Source: Octopus vulgaris (lineage: Eukaryota). Taken from it: DNA of 64,000 nt. The position numbers and the translations under genes are program-made. Location of the stretch: positions 160,518,001 to 160,582,000 of the forward strand of contig OX597817.1 of the NCBI GenBank assembly GCA_951406725.2, in the 5' to 3' direction. This document shows positions 11,666 through 25,049 of the stretch, in pieces. The notes below the pieces were generated by a model. It did no database searches. It was not told the origin of the DNA and worked only from the letters and a program-made list of their open reading frames with translations. Positions within the stretch are counted from its first letter, which is position 1. Each line of letters begins with the position of its first letter.

Positions 11666-12049
11666 GGAAGCACTCCGTCGGTTACGACGACGAGGGTTCC
11701 GGTTGATCCGAATCAACGGAACAGCCTGCTCGTGAAATTAACGTGCAAGTGGCTGAGCACTCCACAGACACGTGTACCCTTAACGTAGTTCTCGGGGATA
11801 TTCAGCGTGACACAGAGAGTGACAAGGCTGGCCCTTTGAAATACAGGTACAACAGAAACAGGAAGTAAGAGTGAGAGAAAGTTGTGTTGAAAGAGTACAG
11901 CAGGGATCACCACCATCCCCTGCCGGAGCCGCGTGGAGCTTTAGGTGTTTTCACTCAATAAACACTCACAACGTCCAGTCTGGGAATCGAAACCGCGACC
12001 CTACGACCGCGAGTCCGCTGCCCTAACCACTGGGCCATTGCGCCTCCAC
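11666..12049 (-). mobile_element. SINE family A1
   Basis: Full length; flanked by TTATATAATATA on both sides. Confidence 0.9.
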
Positions 12050-12519
12050 TTATATAATATAAGTATATAAAGAAAAGACATGAGCTTATAGGGTGTATAG
12101 TGTTGCGTACCGTTGTCCATGTATGTGAAAGAGGGCGTACGTGTTTAGGGTGTGTGTGTGTGTGCCTACGTGAGAGTGTATGGCTTCTTAATGGAGTGTT
12201 TCAGAGAGAAAAAGCACTCCGGCACTCCACTCCCTGATCGCCTGATGTAAGGGTTGCGTAACCCAACCGCCCACCCACTCGTGACAATCACTCCTCCAAA
12301 CACTGCATTACATGAGTGTGATGTATCAGTAAGTCCTTTCTTCCTTCCATCTTTCTTTTAATCACCACCACCACCACCACCACCACCAAACCATACCACC
12401 CTAGTATTTCCCCACCCGCCGCATCATCTCCCTTCCGCAATCCATGCAGTAACAGCCACGTGGTAGTACTTCCGTATGACACACAGAATGTATCTTTTTA
12501 TTTATTTATGATAAGATGA

Positions 12520-13255
12520 TGCTTTTTGTGATGATAGTAACGATGGTGGTGGTGGTGGTGGTGGTGGTGGTGGTGGTGGTGGTGGTGGTAGTTTGGTGTT
12601 TGTTGAGGTAGTAGCGACAGTGATCGAGGTGAAGATAGTGGTGGCGGTGATGGTGGAAACTGATTGTGATGCTCGAGTTCATGACGGTAATGATGATAAT
12701 GGTGGTGATGATGGTGGTGATGATGATGGTGATGATGATGATGATGATGATGATGATAATGATGATGATGGTGGTGGTGGTGGTGTTGGTTGTGGTGGTG
12801 GTGATGGTAGTGGTGGTGGTGATGGTGGTGGTGGTGGTGGTGGTGGTGATAGTGGTGGTGGTGGTGGTGGTGATGGTAGTGGTGGTGGTGGTGGTAATAG
12901 AAATTGTGATTGTAATACTGATGTTCATGACGATGATGATGATAGTGGTGGTGGTGGTTTTGGTCTCGGTGTTGGAGGTGATGATGATGGTGGTGGTGGT
13001 GGCGAGGTGGTGATGGTGGTAGTAGTGGTGGAAATAGTAGTTGTGATGATGATCATGACGATCATGATCATGATGGTGATGATGATGATGATAGCGGTGA
13101 TGTTGGTGGTGAACAATGGCGAATTTGCTGATAACGTTGTGTTAATGATTGTTGCGGGAGAGCGTTAATGACAATGAGGTGGGAGCAGGTGGTGGTAGGA
13201 GGAGTTGAGGTGTTTGAAGTGATGATAATGATGGCGATGTTGGCAGTGGTGATGA
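12520..13255. repeat. (GGT)n/(GAT)n trinucleotide tract
   Basis: Read directly. Confidence 0.9.
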
Positions 13256-13297
13256 CGGCAAGCTGGCTGAATCGTTAGCATGCCGGGCAAAATGTTT

Positions 13298-13457
13298 AGC
13301 GGCATAACGTCACTCTTTACGTCAAAACTCCAACGTAAAATTTCGCGGCCCCGTACGTACCGTCGAAAAAAATTTTGAGCGGCATTACGTCACTCTTTAC
13401 GTCAAAACTCCAACGTAAAATTTCGCGGCCCCGTACGTACCGTCGGAAAAAATGTTG
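13298..13457. repeat. 80-bp tandem duplication fused to a truncated family C head (13256-13300)
   Basis: CGTCACTCTTTACGTCAAAACTCCAACG..CCGTACGTACCGTCG occurs twice. Confidence 0.85.
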
Positions 13458-13531
13458 ACGCTCGACACTCAACTTATATAATAATTGAGTGCCGCGCATA
13501 CAGTGAAAATCAATTATACCTCCGAACGACG

Positions 13532-14807
13532 GGATCTTTTCGGTTTGAACGGCAGTTTTTTCTTACTATTGGGTTCAGTTTGGTGGCTTTTCATTAATAG
13601 AGGACTCAGTAGCAATGTAGTTCTAAGACATATGAAACACTAATCACGGATCTTTTCGGTTTGAACGGCAGTTTTTTCTTACTATTGGGTTCAGTTTGGT
13701 GGCTTTTCATTAATAGAGGACTCAGTAGCAATGTAGTTCTAAGACATATGAAACACTAATCACGGATCTTTTCGGTTTGAACGGCAGTTTTTTCTTACTA
13801 TTGGGTTCAGTTTGGTGGCTTTTCATTAATAGAGGACTCAGTAGCAATGTAGTTCTAAGACATATGAAACACTGATCACGGATCTTTTCGGTTTGAACGG
13901 CAGTTTTTTCTTACTATTGGGTTCAGTTTGGTGGCTTTTCATTAATAGAGGACTCAGTAGCAATGTAGTTCTAAGACATATGAAACACTGATCACGGATC
14001 TTTTCGGTTTGAACGGCAGTTTTTTCTTACTATTGGGTTCAGTTTGGTGGCTTTTCATTAATAGAGGACTCAGTAGCAATGTAGTTCTAAGACATATGAA
14101 ACACTGATCACGGATCTTTTCGGTTTGAACGGCAGTTTTTTCTTACTATTGGGTTCAGTTTGGTGGCTTTTCATTAATAGAGGACTCAGTAGCAATGTAG
14201 TTCTAAGATATATGAAACACTGATCCCGGATCTTTTCGGTTTGGACGGCAGTTTTTTCTTACTATTGGGTTCAGTTTGGTGGCTTTTCATTAATAGAGGA
14301 CTCAGTAGCAATGTAGTTCTAAGATATATGAAACACTGATCCCGGATCTTTTCGGTTTGAACGGCAGTTTTTTCTTACTATTGGGTTCAGTCTGGTGGCT
14401 TTTCATTAATAGAGGACTCAGTAGCAATGTAGTTCTAAGACATATGAAACACTGATCCCGGATCTTTTCGGTTTGAACGGCAGTTTTTTCTTACTATTGG
14501 GTTCAGTTTGGTGGCTTTTCATTAATAGAGGACTCAGTAGCAATGTAGTTCTAAGACATATGAAACACTGATCACGGATCTTTTCGGTTTGAACGTCAGT
14601 TTTTTCTTACTATTGGGTTCAGTTTGGTGGCTTTTCATTAATAGAGGACTCGGTAGCAATGTAGTTCTAAGATATATGAAACACTGATCCCGGATCTTTT
14701 CGGTTTGAACGGCAGTTTTTTCTTACTATTGGGTTCAGTTTGGTGGCTTTTCATTAATAGAGGACTCAGTTGCAATGTAGTTCTAAGACATATGAAACAC
14801 TGATCAC
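13532..14807. repeat. 116-bp tandem satellite, 11 near-identical units
   Basis: Unit starts at 13532, 13648, 13764 ... 14692; the twelfth TIR at 14808 opens the element body. Confidence 0.97.
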
Positions 14808-15182
14808 GGATCTTTTCGGTTTGAACGGCAGTTTTTTCTAGCGGTGTCATATGAAATTGTCACCCATAATTATGACCCTAGAATCGATTTATTGCATTTC
14901 AATCTGTTTTAGGGTCAGGGTTAGGGTTAGGGGTGGGGGGAAGGGTATCTTTTTTTTCTTCAGAAATGTAAATAAACCCAATCTGCTTCTTAAACGAGGG
15001 ACATATTCATACGGCACAGAATGCTTTCACCTCAATAGACGTCATTGATTTGTTGAAATTGCAGAAATTGAAGAAAAAATAACAACAAATATCTTACAAA
15101 CTATAGAATTTTCTCAATAAAACCAAGAGAAAAATATGTTTTGTAAACACATTCTATAAGTATACGAAGTTTAAAAGTGTTT

Positions 15183-15576
15183 GGATGGTGATGGAAGCAC
15201 TCCGTCGGTTACGACGATGAGGGTTCCGGTTGATCCGAATCAACGGAACAGCCTGCTCGTGAAATTAACGTGTAAGTGGCTGAGCACTCCACAGACACGT
15301 GTACCCTTAACGTAGTTCTCGGGGATATTCAGCGTGACACAGAGAGTGACAAGGCCGGCCATTTGAAATATAGGTACAACAGAAACAGGAAGTAAGAGTG
15401 AGAGAAAGTTGTGGTGAAAGAGTACAGCAGGGATCACCACCATCCCCTGCCGGAGCATCATGGAGCTTTAGGTGTTTCCGCTCAATAAACAGTCACAACG
15501 CCCGGTCTGGGAATCGAAACCGCGATCCTATGACCGCGAGGCCGCTGCCCTAACCACTGGGCCATTGCGCCTCCAC
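15183..15576 (-). mobile_element. SINE family A1 nested in the DNA transposon
   Basis: TSD TTTAAAAGTGTTT at 15170-15182 and 15577-15589. Confidence 0.9.
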
Positions 15577-15940
15577 TTTAAAAGTGTTTAGTTACGTGGA
15601 AATTATTTAAAAAAACTGCCGTTCAAACCGAAAAGATCCGAGCGACGAACCTTCTGCAAATCCTAAATGAATATTGATGCTCAGTCCTCATCTTTTTCTT
15701 GATCCAAAGCGATTTACTGCAAGTCAATGAAACCCGGGGTATATAAAACGCCAATGCTCGCGAGGTAAAGTATCAGTTGCTGAATTATCTGCCCCTTTGA
15801 CGTAACGAATATCAACAGTGTATTGTGATATGAAATCCAAATGTAAGTCTCTGGGCCAATATTTATCTGTTTTCGATTGTAGAGCAAAATTCAACGGTTT
15901 TATGATCGGAGAAAACCGTAATGACCCGTTGTTATTTTAA

Positions 15941-16158
15941 CCCTTTAGTGTTTAAACCGGCCATACCAGGCCAAAATTGTCTTCCTGTTATATGCTCAAA
16001 CCAGCCAGCTCTGACCTCTCACACCTACCCTACAAAGTCATTCTAAAAATAAACAGGGACATCATCAAAATCTCAGTTACAAGATGCTGTACAATTAATT
16101 TAAAACAATGTGATTAAACAGGCTTTACATTTGACAGAGTAACCTGAATGCTAAAGGG
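15941..16158. mobile_element. piggyBac-type MITE
   Basis: TTAA|CCCTTTAG...CTAAAGGG|TTAA. Confidence 0.8.
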
Positions 16159-16381
16159 TTAAAGTTGGATTCTTTTGTTACTTCCGCGAATGAACACGCA
16201 AAATATATTATACAATGATAAATTATATTTTTTTGTTAAACCATGGGAGACTTTAAACCAACTTATTTCAAATTCCGCTGCCGTCGACTTTGCTTTTCAT
16301 TTCTCGGGGGTTAAATAAGTTACAGTTGATCACTAAGGTCAGTTTAATCGACTAACATCTCCCCCAAAATTGCTGGCCCAT

Positions 16382-17034
<653 letters not shown>

Positions 17035-17666
17035 GTGTACATTCTTGATCACAACTGCCGACTAGCGAGAACCGTGAAACTCTGAGTAGCAAAATTAGCG
17101 ATGCTTTTGTAACTTTAATAAAAACGCATATTACTCTACTTTCGGTAGTCGAGTACTAATTTTTCCACTTTGTTTTGCAATTATGTGCTTACACGTGAGT
17201 GTAGGTGTAGATGTGGGTGTATGGGGTCGTATGTGTGTTTTGTATTTGTGTTGTGCCATTACTCGACAGCTAGTGTTGGTTTGTTTACACGCCCGTAACT
17301 TAGCGGTTCTGTACAAGAGACTAATAGAGTAAAAGCCAGACTTAAAAGTAAGCACTGCAGGCGATTCGTCCGACTAAATCTATTCAAGGCGCTGCCCCAG
17401 CATGGCCGCAGTCCAATGCCAGAAACAAGTAAAAGATGAAACAATGATCATAATAATCCCAAACCGCAGCCATCTTGGAACACAATCCCCAGCTGCAATT
17501 TCTTGCACAATCTATAGATGTTCAAATTGTGCATCGATTATCAATATGGAAATACCGACAACAGACAAGAACTCTATACCTCAACTAATTAAATTTGAAA
17601 AATGACCCAGTTTACTGTAATGCTTAGCTTTTCCTATTGCAGTAACCGTATTATTCTATTGAATCA

Positions 17667-17733
<67 letters not shown>

Positions 17734-17773
17734 CCTATCTACCTATCTATCTATCTATATATCTATCTATCTA

Positions 17774-17808
<35 letters not shown>

Positions 17809-17880
17809 GCCTGCCTGTCTGTCTGTCTGTCTGTCAGTCTGTTTGTTTATCTGTCTATCTATCTATCTATCTATCTATCT

Positions 17881-18113
17881 TATTTCTCTATTGCCCACAA
17901 GGGGCTAAACATAGAGAGGACAAACAAAGACAGACAAAGGGATTAAGTCGATTACAACGACCCCAGTGCGTAACTGGTACTTAATTTATCGACCCCGAAA
18001 GGATGAAAGGCAAAGTCGACCTCGACGGAATTTGAACTCAGAATGTAACGGCAGACGAAACACCGCTAAGCATTTCGCCCGGCGTGCTAACGCTTCTGCC
18101 AGCTCGCCGCCTT
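17881..18113 (-). mobile_element. SINE family C
   Basis: Full monomer inside (TCTA)n/(TCTG)n. Confidence 0.85.
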
Positions 18114-18138
18114 GATCTATCTGTCTGTCTGTCCGTCT

Positions 18139-18200
<62 letters not shown>

Positions 18201-18428
18201 TTCTGTATCAATACATGGATCTAGTGTTTCTCATTCGCAAAATGAGCCCCTCCCTTAACTTTGCTCAGATTGCTTTCAGTTTTGGTGTATCGATGCAACT
18301 CTGTACGAAAGAAAGTAGATCCTAATACATATGTACTTGCATGCATATATGTGTGTGTGTATGTGTGTGTGTGTGCTTCTGTGTGTGTGTGTGCCTGTGT
18401 GTGCCTGTATGTGTGTGTGTGTGTGTGC

Positions 18429-18482
<54 letters not shown>

Positions 18483-19339
18483 CTCGGTGTGTGTGTGTGT
18501 GTGTGTGTATCGACAGTTTATCTATGTATGATTTCCTTTTCCTTTATATCCCTATGCCTTGCTAAATTTCTCTCGGAAGACCTAATCTGAAAACATTGTA
18601 AAAGACCCTTCCTTACAAATGAAGTCACGCAGTTAGTTTGAACCCAGTACCTTGTGATTACGAAGCGAACTGCTTAACCACCCAGCCATACTGCATTGGA
18701 CATACATGCATGTATGCATACTTACATTTGCACGTATTACATACACTCGTTTATATACACATACATCTACATATACATATATATATATACATACATACTT
18801 ACATATGCATGTACGTACATGCATATACATACACACATACATGTATACATATACACATATACAAATACATGCATAGACGCACATGCATAAGTATGTGCGT
18901 TCATATAAACATGTATGTGTACGTGTATGTGTGTATGTGTACGTATTGTGTGCGTGTGTTGGTGTGTGGGTGCATGCGCGCGCGTTGTATGCGTGTTTGC
19001 ATGTGTGTATGTGTGTGTGTTTGTATGTGTGTGTGTGCGTGTGCATGCGTGTGTGTGTATGTGTGTGTGCTTGTATGTGTGTGTGTGAGTCTATGTAACC
19101 CCATCCGTCCTTTCCTATATAAATACACTCCCCACCACCACCACCACTACCACCACCACCCCCACCACCACCACGCGGAAAGAAAAAAGAAGCACTGTTT
19201 GCTATCAAAGAACTCAGCGGCAATATTTGGAACAGGAAAACTCCAAAGGAAGAATTAAGGAAAGCAGCAACACTGGAATAATTCCAAAACTGCAAACTTC
19301 ACCCATCCTTTCAGTAACCATAGACAACATGCGGAATAA

Positions 19340-19375
19340 TGGGAAAGGAAAGAAAGAAAAAAGGAAAAAGGGAAA

Positions 19376-19406
<31 letters not shown>

Positions 19407-19975
19407 GGAAAGAGAATTGGAGAAAGAAAAAAGAGAAAAAGGGAGAAAGAAAAATGAAAGAAAGGAAAAAAGAAAGAATGAAAGAATGAAAGAAAGGAAG
19501 GAAGAAAGAAAGAAAGAATGGAAGAAAGAAAGAGGGAAAGAAAGAAAGAGAAAGAGAATGAGAGAAAGAAAAATGAAAGATAAGAAGAAAGAAAGAATGA
19601 AAGAAAGGAAGAAAGAAAGAATGAATGAAAGGGGGAAAGAAAGAATGAAAGAGAAAGAGAATGAGAGAAAGAAAAAGGAAAGATAGGAAAAGAGAGAAAG
19701 AAAGAATAAAAGAAACTAAGAAAGAAAGACTGAAAGAAAGAAAGAAAGAAAGAAAGAACGAAACAAAGGAAGACGGTAAGAGGGAAAGAAAGAAAGCCGG
19801 AAAGAAAGAAAGGAAGGAAAAAATAATGGCGGAAGGGAGCAAAGAAAGAAAGAAAGAAAATGAAAAGTGGAGAAAGGAAAATGAAGATCATAGAAAAGAA
19901 AAAAGAAAAAAAGAAAAACATTAAAATGAGAGAAAAAAGAGAAAGGCGATTATAAATTTTTAAAAAAAGGGACAA
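19340..19975. repeat. (GAAA)n-like polypurine tract
   Basis: Read directly. Confidence 0.9.
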
Positions 19976-20559
19976 AATAAAGTAAAAACCATGTAATTTT
20001 TACAATATTTACAATTGTTTGTCCTCTCCAGCTCTATTTTTTTTTAAGGACTTCGCGTTGTGTGAAAAGTCAACCCTATTAAAATTAATAGATGTTTCCA
20101 CGGGTTCATCACGTGATAGTTAGTAAACCCTTTTCGCCTCGCCTGGCCACCACTACCATCAATATCAAATGGCCTCGAAGCAATCTTTAACTAACGAACG
20201 AGCGAAAGAGCGAACGAACGAACGGCGTTTCCGCCGAAAAAGAAAAAAAAATAAGTTCCTATCAAGACCTGAGTTGTTGTTTTTAAGATCTCCCTCTGTA
20301 GGTCAAGGTCAGCTTTTACGCACTTCCCTCTAATCATTCCCCCACACACACCCATACACACACTCACTTTCTTTTCCGATTCCTCACCCACCCCGTCTCC
20401 CCCCACCTTGTCTCCCCCCTCTCTAATCCCCCAACTATTTCCTTTTCCCTTTTCCTCTCTCTCTAAATATCTCTGCTTTCCATTCGTTCATTCTCTGTAT
20501 TTGCCTTTCCTTTTATTATTTTTACCTTCCAAGTACACGCATGTATGCACATATGTATG

Positions 20560-20640
<81 letters not shown>

Positions 20641-20650
20641 TGTATGTATG

Positions 20651-20708
<58 letters not shown>

Positions 20709-20879
20709 CAAATATACATATACAGATATTTATATACACACACATGCGTAAGTACATCCATTCCATACATAAAAATAAACATTGACACACATATCTAAAT
20801 ATATAACAGCATTATAAGTTTATAAGCACTTCTGCACATAGAAATACGGAAGCACAAACAAGCTTACGCGAGCGTATAC

Positions 20880-20910
<31 letters not shown>

Positions 20911-21164
20911 CATACATACATACATACATACATACATACAAACTGATTCGAAGACTACAGATTCAAGCCATCACTGGAACTTTATCATTTAAGTATATAT
21001 GAGCATGTCTTGATATGCCAATATATGCATTAGAATACATATATAAAACAAAACATACTAAACTGCATACATATACGTACATTAGTACATACAAAGAAAT
21101 AGGAGTCTTGGATCTAGGTTAGAAACCGGCTCTTTCTCTATTGGCAAGACATTTTATATAGCAA

Positions 21165-21259
<95 letters not shown>

Positions 21260-21261
<2 letters not shown>

Positions 21262-21665
21262 GGGTGGCTGTGTGGTAAGTAGCTTGCTAACCAACCACAT
21301 GGTTCCGGGTTCAGTCCCACTGCGTGGCATCTTGGGCAAGTGTCTTCTGCTATAGCCCCGGGCCGACCAATGCCTTGTGAGTGGATTTGGTAGACGGAAA
21401 CTGAAAGAAGCCTGTCGTATATATGTGTATATATATGTATGTGTGTGTGTGTGTGTGTGTCTGTGTTTGTTCCCCTAGCATTGCTTGACAACCGATGCTG
21501 GTGTGTTTACGTCCCCGTCACCTAGCGGTTCGGCAAAAAGAGACCGATAGAATAAGTACTGGGCTTACAAAAAGAATGAGTCCCGGGGTCGAGTTGCTCG
21601 ACTAAAAGGCGGTGCTCCAGCATGGCCGCAGTCAAAATGACTGAAACAAGTAAAAGAAAGAAAGA
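21260..21665 (+). mobile_element. SINE family D
   Basis: Near-identical to other D copies. Confidence 0.9.
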
Positions 21666-22015
21666 AGAAATATATATATATATACATATATACATACATG
21701 CATGCATGCATACGCACATATATACATGAGTATTTAGTTGTATTTCTAGATTTTTTGCCAATGGAGAAAGAGCTGGCTTCTAACCACCGTCATTGAGATT
21801 TAAATAACGTCAGCGGAGTAGTTGTGCATGCATGTATGTATATGTGCACGTATTTGGAGTCAGTGCATGTGCAGATCTATGTTTTGTTTTATATATGTAT
21901 ACTTAGACATACAGCTGTATATCTAGACATATGCATATGTACGAGTTATATGCTCTATACTTAGATAGTTTGATACGTTTCAGCCAGAATTGGACCGGAC
22001 CATGACTAACTTAAT

Positions 22016-22404
22016 GGAAATGGAAGCACTCCGTCGGTTACGACGACGAGGGTTCCGGTTGATCCGAATCAACGGAACAGCCTGCTCGTGAAATTAACGT
22101 GTAAGTGGCTGAGCACTCCACAGACACGTGTACCCTTAACGTAGTTCTCGTGGATATTCAGCGTGACACAGAAAGTGACAAGGCCGGCCCTTTGAAATAC
22201 AGGTACAACAGAAACAGGAAGTAAGAGTGAGAGAAAGTTGTGGTGAAAGAGTACAGCAGGGATCACCACCATCCCCTGCCGGAGCCTCGTGGAGCTTTAG
22301 GTGTTTTCGCTCAATAAACACTCACAACGCCCGGTCTGGGAATCGAAACCGCGATCCTATGACCGCGAGTCCGCTGCCCTAACCACTGGACCATTGCGCC
22401 TCCG
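22016..22404 (-). mobile_element. SINE family A1 in the LINE 3'UTR
   Basis: TSD CTAACTTAAT at 22006-22015 and 22405-22414. Confidence 0.9.
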
Positions 22405-22899
22405 CTAACTTAATAACACCACCTGGAAAAGATATTTAATGGTGTTTCATATTACAGTCATTCGTTGGGTACCGTAGTCCATTCGAGTAAGGCGTTATTG
22501 TTTGCAAAGATATATCCGGGTGTAGGGGATTTGTCTGAAATTTGTTGGAGATATTTATCCAGGACCTGTTTGAATGTCGAGGGATCTTTTTCTTCCCTTA
22601 TGTGTCTTGGCATGGTGTTAAAGAAAGTGGGGCCAGTTGAGGTGAAATAGCTGCCTTAGTGTTGTGATGTGTCGCGAGCATGATTTTGGTAGAGGACGAA
22701 TGGCACGGTGAGGGCTGGGTGGAGGGAGCAAGCCTTGATTGAGTTGATGCGAACATCATTTGAGCAAGGCTATTGGAATATTTTCCCCATCATACAAAAT
22801 GCTATGGCAGTCATGGGCGGTGTCAGAAGGAATAAAGTTTGAGCTTCTAGAGGCGATCCTAAGAATCAAGATCTGTCGTGTCGTCTTCGTTTGTGTGTT

Positions 22900-23795
22900 T
22901 GTGTGTGTGTGTGATTGATCTCTGAGGAGTGTGTGATTGATCTCTGAGGAGTGTGTGGTTGATCTCTGAGGAGTGTGTGATTGATCTCTGAGGAGTGTGT
23001 GGTTGATCTCTGAGTTTGTGTGATTGATCTCTGAGGAGTGTGTGATTGATCTCTGAGGAGTATGTGTGATTGATCTCTGAGGTATGTGTGATTGATCTCT
23101 GAGGTGTGTGTGATTGATCTCTGAGGTGTGTGTGATTGATCTCTGAGTTTGTGTGATTGATCTCTGAGGAGTGTGTGATTGATCTCTGAGGAGTGTGTGG
23201 TTGATCTCTGAGTTTGTGTGATTGATCTCTGAGAGTGTGTGGTTGATCTCTGAGTTTGTGTGATTGATCTCTGAGGTTTGTGTGATTGATCTCTGAGGAG
23301 TGTGTGATTGATCTCTGAGGAGTGTGTGGTTGATCTCTGAGTTTGTGATTGATCTCTGAGGTGTGTGTGTGATTGATCTCTGAGGAGTGTGTGATTGATC
23401 TCTGAGGAGTGTGTGGTTGATCTCTGAGTTTGTGTGATTGATCTCTGAGGAGTGTGTGATTGATCTCTGAGGAGTATGTGGTTGATCTCTGAGTTTGTGT
23501 GATTGATCTCTGAGGTGTGTGTGATTGATCTCTGAGGTGTGTGTGATTGATCTCTGAGTTTGTGTGATTGATCTCTGAGGAGTGTGTGATTGATCTCTGA
23601 GGAGTGTGTGGTTGATCTCTGAGTTTGTGTGATTGATCTCTGAGGAGTGTGTGGTTGATCTCTGAGTTTGTGTGATTGATCTCTGAGGTATGTGTGATTG
23701 ATCTCTGAGGTGTGTGTGATTGATCTCTGAGGAGTGTGTGGTTGATCTCTGAGTTTGTGTGATTGATCTCTGAGGTGTGTGTGTGATTGATCTCT
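22900..23795. repeat. ~21-bp minisatellite (GATTGATCTCTGAGGAGTGTGT and variants), about 40 units
   Basis: Invariant core TTGATCTCTGAG with variable GT-rich spacers. Confidence 0.95.
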
Positions 23796-24465
23796 TTTTA
23801 ATTTCTTTTCGTGTAAGGAGACCACAGCAGTCAACAGTACAACTGTAGTTCAGATAAGAGTTAAGTACAAGAAGGTTATTATTTGCTATTTATTGTTAGT
23901 ATGAGTGATCTCGATTTTGTGGTGGTGGTGGTGGTGGTGGTTTTGGTGATAGTTATTGCTATTGTTGCTGTTGTTGTTGTTGTTGTTGTTGTGGTGGTGG
24001 TGGTGGTGGTGGTGGTTGTGGTGGTGGCGGTGGTGGTGGCGGTGGTGGTGGCGGTGGTGGTGGTGGTGGTGGTGGTAGTGGTTTTGGTGGTGGTGGTGAT
24101 GGTGGTGGTGATAGTGGTTTTGGTGATGGTAGTGGTAGTGGTGGTGGTGGTGGTTATGGTGGTGGTGATAGTGGTTTTGGTTATGGTAGTGGTAGTGGTG
24201 GTGGTGGTGGTGGTGGTGGTGGTGATGGCGGTACATACCCTCGGAACATGAGGGCCAAGAGAATTTACGAGCGTTGAAGTGATTGAGGATGGTGATTTCA
24301 GAGAAAGGCAGGTGCTTCTGTGCCAATGTGTGTTTATGCGAATCTTTTTGTATGTGCAGTGTACCTGCTTGTGTGTTATTGCGGAAACAACTACTTTCCC
24401 ATTTAACATTTCTAACATTAAAAAAATTATAAATCTTTAAAATTTATCTGTTTTCTAGTTACTAT

Positions 24466-24691
24466 TTTTTTTTTTTTTTACTTGTTTCAGTCATTTGACT
24501 GCGGCCATGCTGGAGCACCGCCTTTAATCGAGCAACTCGACTCCGGGACTTATTCTTTTGTAAGCCCAGTACTTATTCTATCGGTCTCTTTTTGCCGAAC
24601 CGCTAAGTAACGGGGACATAAACACACCAGCATCGGTTGTCAAGCAATGCTAGGGGGACAAACACAGACACACAAACACACACACACACAC

Positions 24692-24756
<65 letters not shown>

Positions 24757-24918
24757 CGACAGGCTTCTTTCAGTTTCCGTCTACCAAATCTACTCACAAG
24801 GCATTGGTCGGCCCGGGGCTATAGCAGAAGACACTTGCCCAAGATGCCACGCAGTGGGACTGAACCCGGAACCATGTGGTTGGTTAGGAAGCTACTTACC
24901 ACACAGCCACTCCTGCGC
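24466..24918 (-). mobile_element. SINE family D flanked by a 75-bp duplication
   Basis: 24391-24465 matches 24919-24993 with 5 mismatches. Confidence 0.9.
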
Positions 24919-25049
24919 CTACTTTCCTTTTTAACATTTCTAACATTAAAAAAATTATAAAACTTTATAATTTATCTGTTTTCTATTTACTATAACATTT
25001 TTTTCTTGATCTATTGACTCTTTAAGAGTTTGCCGATCGTATTTTCTAA

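Larger units (their letters stand above)
13532..15639. mobile_element. Non-autonomous TIR DNA transposon containing a satellite and a nested SINE
   Basis: 30-bp TIR GGATCTTTTCGGTTTGAACGGCAGTTTTTT at both ends; 8-bp TSD GAACGACG/GAGCGACG; internal TTAGGG repeats near 14910-14932. Confidence 0.8.
21960..23880 (-). pseudogene. Decayed CR1/L2-group LINE 3' region interrupted by a SINE and a minisatellite
   Basis: Minus-strand fragments YC*LLWSPYTK (~23830), D*DRL*KLKLYS-like (~22850) and YFTSTGPTFFNTMPRHIREEKDPSTFKQVLDKYLQQISDKSPTPGYIFANNNALLEW (22650-22480) occur in the expected ORF2 order. Confidence 0.75.

Noticed and set aside
11713-11916. Recurrent 67-aa ORF MVVIPAVLF...
   Set aside because: Recurs only because it lies in SINE A1; no domain similarity, and it is disrupted by a deletion in the 5666 copy.
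13532-14807. CRISPR-like array
   Set aside because: Spacers are near-identical, there are no cas genes, and the repeat is a transposon TIR in eukaryotic DNA.
19185-19340. Possible exon before the GAAA tract
   Set aside because: No clear splice sites or recognisable peptide.
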